5,254 nt of DNA from Amoeboradix gromovi X-113 (taxonomy: Eukaryota > Fungi > Sanchytriomycota). Position numbers and translations under genes: made by a program. Under the pieces are notes generated by a model. It was not told where the DNA came from, ran no database searches, and worked only from the letters and a program-made list of their open reading frames with translations. Location: contig JADGIF010000678.1 in the NCBI GenBank assembly GCA_018985225.1, positions 1 through 5,254 on the forward strand, read 5' to 3'. Positions 1-5,254 of this stretch are shown in pieces. Numbering within the stretch: position 1 is the first letter of the stretch; each line of letters starts with the position of its first letter.

Positions 1-245
1 TCTGCCGATATATCAAGCTCTGCTAATTTTAAAGCCACCAAAGGGTCTATAGATGATTTCCCTAAATAGCGACCACGGATGTCTCAATTTTTGAGAATGT
101 TGATTTTGGGTTATACCAAAATAGTGCAGAAATAAAAGTATTGTATTTCTGTGGTCTTTATTGCTTGCGATAGAATGCGATAAAAGCATTTCAACTCAGT
201 AAAAGCTGGCCTTTTATTTTAGACGTGAAATGTGATTTAAATTAA

Positions 246-251
246 TTTATT
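246..251 (-). promoter_or_regulatory. Candidate AATAAA polyadenylation signal of the LRR gene
   Basis: Plus-strand TTTATT at 246-251 reads AATAAA on the minus strand, immediately after the TAG stop. A second copy lies at about 213-218. The AT-rich context makes chance occurrence possible. Confidence 0.35.
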
Positions 252-3248
252 CTAAAATACTGACCCAAAGGCTTTGTCCTGGCTTTCCTTTGTATTTTTA
301 CTGTTTTTAGCCTGACTCAGTCTCCATCCCTTTATGCTTCGTGTGAATGGTGTGTAGTGTAGCACTGCTATAGCCACCATCACACTCAGCACACATCTAC
401 CAATGATGAAGTAACTCCAGCGAATGTTGATGTTGAGCTTCCCAGTATTGTAATTGGTAATGACAGGCTGTAGCGCATTGCTGTAAGTGGCATCTGGTTC
501 TGCTGCAGAGTATAGCGTAGTAACTGTTGCACTCTGCTGCTTTGATCTTGTTCGCAAGGATCTCGATCTGAGGATATGCTCGAGTGACTCATCGACTACT
601 GAGACTGCTTCAGTGGAGACTGCTTCAGTGGAGGCTGCTGTCGTGCTTGTTTTCAACTTGCTCAAAGTCGCTAATGACGTCATAGAAACACTTTGCAAGG
701 TCTCTTTGTAGTCGCTAGTTGTGCTTATGTCTAAGGTATCCGATGATGTCAAAGTATCTGACACAGGGCTAGCTGCATATACCGAGCTGGTAATGTCCGC
801 AGTAGTAGTGAAATAGCTGGTACTCTGAACACCTGCGCCGTACTTAACACAGCTGGAAAGGGATGCATCGTTTACATTGACTAGCAGTGGATTGTTGGAT
901 ATGTTGCATATCATCATCTGCTGAGTATCGTTGATGAGAATGTTTGTGATCAGATTGTTTGGCACATACAGCTCCTTTGGCTTCCGTACTGAGATGCCTC
1001 CTGTGAATTGATTGTATGGAGGTGCATCTCTGTTCAAATAGATGTACTCTACATTGCTTAGATCTGGTACTGGACCTGATAGATTGTTGTTGCTGACATC
1101 TAGACTGACAAGACCAGATGGAATGCTGCTTGGTAAGGATCCAGACAGCTTGTTTTTGTTCAATAGCAGCGATAGCAAGCCAGCAGGTAGTACAGTCGGA
1201 ATTGAGCCATCTATCATGTTGTCTGACAGATACAGATGTTCCAGACTCAGAGCAAGATCTGAGGGGATTGCACCACTGAGCTTGTTGGAGTTCAGGGTCA
1301 AGTTTACGAGTGAGCTTGGCATACCCTGCGGAACTGATCCTGTGATACTATTCTGACTCAGGTCCAAGGCAGTTAGGTTGGATGGGATGTGGCTGGCGTC
1401 AATCGTGCCGTTCAAGTTCATGTTTGGCCATTCTATCCTGTCTACTTTTCCCGCAGTACAGGTCACTCCTGCACTCGAGCAGCAGTTGGTCTCAATAGAT
1501 GCCATGAGATCCGGCTGCACAACATCGAGATTCAATCCCTCTGCAAGAGCAATTACACCTACGCAATCTACGATGTAAAGATTGTTTTTAGTGCACTTTG
1601 TAAGATCTGCATCATCTTTGTGAGCTATGAGTGGGTTGCTTGAGATATCGCACCAGGTTAATACGCTGGTGTCTTTAATTGTGAGATTAGTGATGTAATT
1701 ATGGCTAATGTATATAATCTTAGGTTTGTTTAAAGTTAGCTCCCCTTCAAATCTGTTAAATGCAGGTCCTATGTTTAAAAATAAATAGTTCAAAGCATCT
1801 GGAAAAGCAGGCAAACTACCAGACAGATGGTTGTTATATAAACTAATTTCTGATAGCGTTAAAGGAAGAAAACTTGGCAATTGACCTGCCAAGTAGTTGG
1901 TCTCCAGATAGAGTTTTATCAAGTTCATTGGCAGCGTAGTTGGCACTGATCCATTTAATAAGTTGTTGCTCAAATAAAGATTTTCTAAATTTGGTGGTAA
2001 AATTGCAGGAATTCTTCCACTTAAGCTGTTGCAGCTTAGGTCTAAATACTTAAAGCTATTTGGAAGGCTTGTAGGGATTTCTCCAAAAATGAAGTTACAG
2101 GACAATTCCAACTTTTGAATTGATGACGGGATGGCTGTACCATTTATCGTTCCATTTAAACTCATATAATTCCAGCTGATCTCGATTACGTTGCTTGCAT
2201 CGCAGGTTATGGCACGTGTAGTTGTCAGACAGCAATTGGAATTGATTTCCTGCATTAAATCGGGATTTAAAATGTGCAAGTTCATTCCATATGCAAGGTT
2301 AACAACATTATTGCAGTCTGGTTTTGTGCTCGGTACCGTAGCAGATCTGTCGCAAAAAGCCAATTGGGGATCGTTTGCAGGGTTGCTTAGAGCTGTGTCT
2401 CTCATATTACAGTGCCAGAGCCTGGAATTGTCGTCAAATATAACAGATGATATACTAGTTTTACCAATAGCAACATAAGACGGTTGATATAAATGGATGC
2501 TTCCACTCACAGCCAAAGACTGTAATCCCAGAGAAAATATATTACTGGATAGAGATGGTACTACTCCTGATATTTGATTCCATCCAATATCTATCGCATA
2601 CATACTAGAAGGTAGTGTGGCAGGAATAGAACCGCTGATTTTGTTTGAGCTCGCATCCAGATATCCAAGAGAATTTGGAAGAGTCGCTGGAATTGAGCAA
2701 CTTAACATGTTGTTACTAGCCTTCATCATGTACATACCAGGTGGCAATGTGCCTGGGATACAGCCTGAGATCTCATTAAAGGAGATTGAGAAAAATCCTA
2801 ATGTGGTCGAAAGAGAAGGTATAGTACCGTTAAATCTGTTTTGACTGGCATCAATTTCTTGCAGATTAGGCAATGGCATAACAGGTATACTCCCAGTGAT
2901 ACAGTTAATGCCAATGTATAACACTTCTAGAGCAGACGGTAGGTCCCCTCGTAGTTCACCAGCTATCCTGTTTCCTTCCAAGTTAAGATATGTCAACATC
3001 CCAGGTAAAGCAGTAGTATTTATGCTTCCAGTCAGTTTCATTCCAAACCAATTTATACTATCTACGCGCCCAGATATACACCAAACACTATTTGTAGAGC
3101 AGCAGTCTATTCGAAGAGTTTTCAATAAGTCAGGATTAGATAAACCCATTGCGAGTCCAGTAGCAAGATTAATGACATCTGGGCAGTCTATGGATACCGC
3201 ATAGAATAGTGCTGTAATGAGATAAAGTGATAGTGATTTCGAAACCAT
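252..3248 (-). CDS. Multi-module leucine-rich-repeat receptor-like membrane protein (signal peptide, 3 Cys-capped LRR modules, S/T-rich stalk, single TM helix, short cytoplasmic tail, no kinase), 998 aa
   Basis: Part of the 1087-aa ORF 252..3515. Met90 (CAT at 3246-3248) starts a signal-peptide-like segment, MVSKSLSLYLITALFYAVS. About 20 or more LRRs follow, of the form LPxxLxxLxLxxNxLxGxIPxx. A Ser/Thr-rich region lies at about 450-830 and a hydrophobic segment WSYFIIGRCVLSVMVAIAVLHY at about 355-420. The tail is about 30 aa and Lys-rich, and the TAG stop is at 252-254. No introns are needed. Confidence 0.9.
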   Translation of the reverse strand: MVSKSLSLYLITALFYAVSIDCPDVINLATGLAMGLSNPDLLKTLRIDCCSTNSVWCISGRVDSINWFGMKLTGSINTTALPGMLTYLNLEGNRIAGELRGDLPSALEVLYIGINCITGSIPVMPLPNLQEIDASQNRFNGTIPSLSTTLGFFSISFNEISGCIPGTLPPGMYMMKASNNMLSCSIPATLPNSLGYLDASSNKISGSIPATLPSSMYAIDIGWNQISGVVPSLSSNIFSLGLQSLAVSGSIHLYQPSYVAIGKTSISSVIFDDNSRLWHCNMRDTALSNPANDPQLAFCDRSATVPSTKPDCNNVVNLAYGMNLHILNPDLMQEINSNCCLTTTRAITCDASNVIEISWNYMSLNGTINGTAIPSSIQKLELSCNFIFGEIPTSLPNSFKYLDLSCNSLSGRIPAILPPNLENLYLSNNLLNGSVPTTLPMNLIKLYLETNYLAGQLPSFLPLTLSEISLYNNHLSGSLPAFPDALNYLFLNIGPAFNRFEGELTLNKPKIIYISHNYITNLTIKDTSVLTWCDISSNPLIAHKDDADLTKCTKNNLYIVDCVGVIALAEGLNLDVVQPDLMASIETNCCSSAGVTCTAGKVDRIEWPNMNLNGTIDASHIPSNLTALDLSQNSITGSVPQGMPSSLVNLTLNSNKLSGAIPSDLALSLEHLYLSDNMIDGSIPTVLPAGLLSLLLNKNKLSGSLPSSIPSGLVSLDVSNNNLSGPVPDLSNVEYIYLNRDAPPYNQFTGGISVRKPKELYVPNNLITNILINDTQQMMICNISNNPLLVNVNDASLSSCVKYGAGVQSTSYFTTTADITSSVYAASPVSDTLTSSDTLDISTTSDYKETLQSVSMTSLATLSKLKTSTTAASTEAVSTEAVSVVDESLEHILRSRSLRTRSKQQSATVTTLYSAAEPDATYSNALQPVITNYNTGKLNINIRWSYFIIGRCVLSVMVAIAVLHYTPFTRSIKGWRLSQAKNSKNTKESQDKAFGSVF
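601..645. repeat. 15-bp coding tandem repeat in the S/T-rich stalk
   Basis: GAGACTGCTTCAGTG occurs twice (601-615, 616-630), followed by a degenerate copy GAGGCTGCTGTCGTG (631-645). On the minus strand this encodes TAAS-TEAVS-TEAVS. Confidence 0.85.
849..1568 (-). repeat. LRR module 3 (about 240 aa)
   Basis: N-cap DCVGVIALAEGLNL...PDLM...NCC...VTC...VDRIEWPNMNLNGTI. Five regular LRRs and one LRR with a loop insertion follow, then a C-cap ICNISNNPL...LSSC. Confidence 0.85.
1569..2318 (-). repeat. LRR module 2 (about 250 aa)
   Basis: N-cap DCNNVVNLAYGMNL...PDLM...NCC...ITC...VIEISWNYMSLNGTI. Five regular LRRs and one LRR with a loop insertion follow, then a C-cap WCDISSNPL...LTKC. Confidence 0.85.
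2319..3188 (-). repeat. LRR module 1 (about 290 aa)
   Basis: N-cap DCPDVINLATGLAM...PDLL...DCC...VWC...VDSINWFGMKLTGSI. About 8 regular LRRs follow, then a C-cap LWHCNM...LAFC and a short linker. Confidence 0.85.
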
Positions 3249-3465
3249 ATCTGCTGTATTGGACGCGTTCTGATTTAAACATGGTCTTGCGACCTGATTC
3301 GCGAATAAGAAAAGTGGCTGATGTTCTGGAATTGTTCCAGCTTTTGAAATCTCAAGAATAAATGATTTATCAAGAATACAGGAACAATAAGGACCACTCT
3401 TCACGCTTTCTAGTTTTTTCGATCGACATATATACGCGCTATTCTTCCTACTCATCAATGAGGAA

Positions 3466-3699
3466 TGGGCCATGTCCCATTGCACATTCAAGGAACGCTT
3501 GAAGTTCAAGTGCAAGCAAAGAGGAAAGACGATCGTCGAATGTAATGATGCATATAATGAAGCATTTACTAGTCAGACATGTACAAGGTGTGGTACTCTA
3601 AAGAAAACCAACTTAGAAACCTACACTTGTACCAATTGTTATTTGCAGATAGATATACATCAAGTATATGCATCCTTATTCAATCCCGCCTCAAGGTAG
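3466..3699 (+). pseudogene. Truncated TnpB/Fanzor (Fanzor2/IS607-TnpB-like) nuclease C-terminal fragment
   Basis: ORF 3472..3699 reads MSHCTFKERLKFKCKQRGKTIVEC-NDAY-NEAFTSQTCTRCG-x11-CTNCYLQID. This matches the family pattern SHxxFxxRLxxK...G...ExxTSxTCxxCG...CxxC...DRDxNGAxNI. The N-terminal WED/REC/RuvC-I region is absent (upstream in-frame stop at 3388-3390, no homology seen), and the RuvC-III DRD reads DIH. Confidence 0.8.
3544..3567 (+). repeat. 12-bp imperfect tandem duplication inside the Fanzor fragment
   Basis: AATGATGCATAT followed by AATGAAGCATTT (10/12 identical), encoding NDAY-NEAF. Confidence 0.75.
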
Positions 3700-3790
3700 T
3701 GAAAGCGTGAACAATCACTGTAACGGAGCATCTAGCATTGCTAGCTACTTTGTGGAAATTCTCGATTTTCTCAGAAATCGCTAGCTTTAA
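3653..3790 (+). ncRNA. Putative omegaRNA (Fanzor/TnpB guide scaffold) / right-end structured RNA
   Basis: Hairpins: ATATAC/GTATAT (3653-3669), TAGTGA/TCACTG (3697-3720), CTAGC/GCTAG (3732-3744) and CGATTT/AAATCG (3763-3780), with an alternative outer pair AGCTA (3743-3747) / TAGCT (3782-3786). The position overlapping and downstream of the nuclease 3' end is where TnpB and Fanzor omegaRNAs are encoded. Boundaries are approximate. Confidence 0.5.
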
Positions 3791-4072
3791 CGAGGAGCCC
3801 AGTGCTTGGTTTAGAGCTTTTCGGCACCTGACACATCAAAAACATTAGATAGTTATTTTGTGGCAGCAAGAAACATAAACTTAAAGTTAAACAGCTGAAT
3901 ATACAGTCTGCCCCGACTCAAACTGTTACTCAGATGCTTATCATGGCCTCTAAAATCGCACGTTTCGTTATGTAATCAAAATGAAAACGCTGTAACTTCT
4001 ACAAAGCAAAATTAGTTTTCCAATTGATTGATTTGACAAAAGGAGTAAACCTTTGCAACATGACAAATAGAT

Positions 4073-4918
4073 TTACTTTCTAGGTAACCCATGTCTCAAT
4101 CTGTCAACACGCCTTTCTCTAGTTATCAAGGTAGAGGCTAAAAGTGCAAAGCAACCAGCCATATAGAACATAAAAATCATCGCTTCTAACTTTTTTTCTG
4201 GCAAAGACTTCTCATATGTGCCAAAATTTTTTGAGTACCCGCTCATGTCTTTATTTGCTTGTAACAGAGCACTGCATTCAGAATCAGCGTCTAGCTCAGG
4301 AGTCTCAAGAATTGGCAAGTCAAGCAGTGAATTCCCAACTGAAGTGTTGTCAAAGTCCACAATTGGTGGATCTAAAATGCTATTAACGCAAGCATTTTTT
4401 ATTTTTTTTATTTCGGCGTCACATCTTAGCATCACATTGAAATGATAAATGAAGATGAAAGCCAGAACCGCAAGAAACACTTTACCAACGTTTATCCGGT
4501 GATATTCTTCTGTTAAAATTCTTCTATGCTCCTGTCCAGTATCAAGAGCTCTCTTTTTCAATCTCATTATATTTGCAGTAATATGAGATGCATAATAAGG
4601 ATTCACTTTTCTCATTATTGTTGAAATATCAGCAGGACTCAATGTGGAGCATACCATCTCACTGTATATTCTAAAAATACTTGAAGCAATATCATCTAGA
4701 GTTTTGCGCTGTGCTTCTGGAAGTTCGATTATTTTACATGCTTCTGCATTAGGCTTACCTTCAATTATCTTCATACACTTAGGATCGAAACCACTATCGA
4801 TCAATTGTGTATATAATTGTTCTAATGCTTCTAGTTCGACATATTTAATACCATGTTCTGCAGCGAATCTCTTCCAGTTATAATCAACTCGAGCAGCAAA
4901 TACGAGAGACAACAACAT
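4073..4918 (-). CDS. Hypothetical membrane protein with a short signal peptide and two hydrophobic helices, 281 aa
   Basis: 846-nt ORF with N-terminus MLLSLVFAA. Hydrophobic segments are VFLAVLAFIFIYHFNVML (about 4427-4480) and AMIFMFYMAGCFALLASTLIT (about 4120-4183), followed by a basic tail (RERRVDRLRHGLPRK). No recognisable domain. Confidence 0.75.
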   Translation of the reverse strand: MLLSLVFAARVDYNWKRFAAEHGIKYVELEALEQLYTQLIDSGFDPKCMKIIEGKPNAEACKIIELPEAQRKTLDDIASSIFRIYSEMVCSTLSPADISTIMRKVNPYYASHITANIMRLKKRALDTGQEHRRILTEEYHRINVGKVFLAVLAFIFIYHFNVMLRCDAEIKKIKNACVNSILDPPIVDFDNTSVGNSLLDLPILETPELDADSECSALLQANKDMSGYSKNFGTYEKSLPEKKLEAMIFMFYMAGCFALLASTLITRERRVDRLRHGLPRK

Positions 4919-5254
4919 GTTTTGAGGGGTCCAATCAGTTTTCTTTGCAACATCCTTACGTCAAATCAAACATGGCCAGAGTGATGATGAGCAAAGCGCT
5001 GTTTTTGTTTAAATGTTACTTTGCTGAGATCTTGTCATGATTGATCAAAATAAACTATTAAATTAAGCAATTTATTGATTAAAACAAATGGGACATCAAA
5101 TATAAAAACTGGACTAACTTTCTGTAACAACTTGGAACATTATTTCAGCTTTATTACTTCATGGATTTAAGAGACGAGTGGACATTCAGCTAGTTGCGGA
5201 GTTGACGAGTATAAAAGGAAAATAAATAACTTTTTGTATCGAAATTTCAAAAAT

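Larger units (their letters stand above)
3326..3795 (+). mobile_element. Possible degenerate non-autonomous Fanzor/IS607-type element (boundaries uncertain)
   Basis: Inferred from the Fanzor fragment plus the structured 3' end. Upstream there is an inverted repeat CTGGAA-TTG-TTCCAG (3326-3340) and a 9-bp direct repeat TCAAGAATA (3352-3360, 3370-3378) that may mark a left end. No transposase and no clear target-site duplication are seen. Confidence 0.3.

Noticed and set aside
1-69. Possible 3' end of a plus-strand gene (SADISSSANFKATKGSIDDFPK*)
   Set aside because: Only 22 codons at the window edge with no motif, so it cannot be supported.
252-420. LRR receptor-like kinase
   Set aside because: Only about 30 residues follow the TM helix before the stop, and no kinase motifs appear in 1-251.
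386-3204. Short ORFs 386-592, 487-711, 1042-1356, 1378-1578, 1389-1643, 2191-2478, 2617-2844 and 2896-3204
   Set aside because: They are antisense or alternate-frame shadows of the LRR CDS with no recognisable motifs.
3249-3515. 89-aa N-terminal extension of the LRR ORF (start at 3515)
   Set aside because: It begins at a non-ATG codon (TTG), would bury the signal peptide at Met90, has no domain character, and overlaps the Fanzor fragment in antisense.
3664-3728. Spliceosomal intron (GTATAT donor at 3664) that might restore the Fanzor RuvC-III
   Set aside because: None of the available AG acceptors (3695, 3699, 3705, 3728) joins the frame to NGASSI; most give a nearby stop.
3809-3828. GTTTAGAGCT...GGCACC resembling Cas9 repeat/tracrRNA words
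   Set aside because: Single short imperfect match with no repeat-spacer array and no cas genes, so likely chance.
4218-4883. Plus-strand ORFs 4218-4445 and 4644-4883
   Set aside because: They are antisense shadows of the 281-aa CDS.
4919-5254. AT-rich upstream region with small palindromes (for example GAAATTTC near 5241)
   Set aside because: Not distinguishable from AT-rich intergenic background, and no specific promoter or RNA gene can be supported.

Overview
This looks like a compact, intron-free eukaryotic region. An early-diverging fungal-type genome such as a sanchytrid or chytrid is my inference from protein style, not proven. It has three components. (1) A minus-strand gene (252-3248, 998 aa from the likely true start MVSKSL) encodes a kinase-less receptor-like surface protein. 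It has a signal peptide, three tandem Cys-capped LRR modules built from 22-aa LxxLxLxxNxLxGxIPxxLPxx repeats, a Ser/Thr-rich stalk, one TM helix and a short basic tail. (2) About 220 bp upstream and divergent, on the plus strand, is a truncated TnpB/Fanzor (Fanzor2/IS607-like) RNA-guided nuclease remnant (about 3466-3660). It retains the E-x-x-T-S-x-T-C-x2-C-G...C-x2-C zinc-finger region. It is followed directly by about 135 nt of stacked hairpins, at the position expected for an omegaRNA scaffold and transposon right end. (3) A 281-aa orphan membrane protein lies at 4073-4918 on the minus strand. The most interesting signal is the putative eukaryotic OMEGA relic (Fanzor plus omegaRNA) in the upstream region of a modular, apparently mosaic LRR receptor gene.
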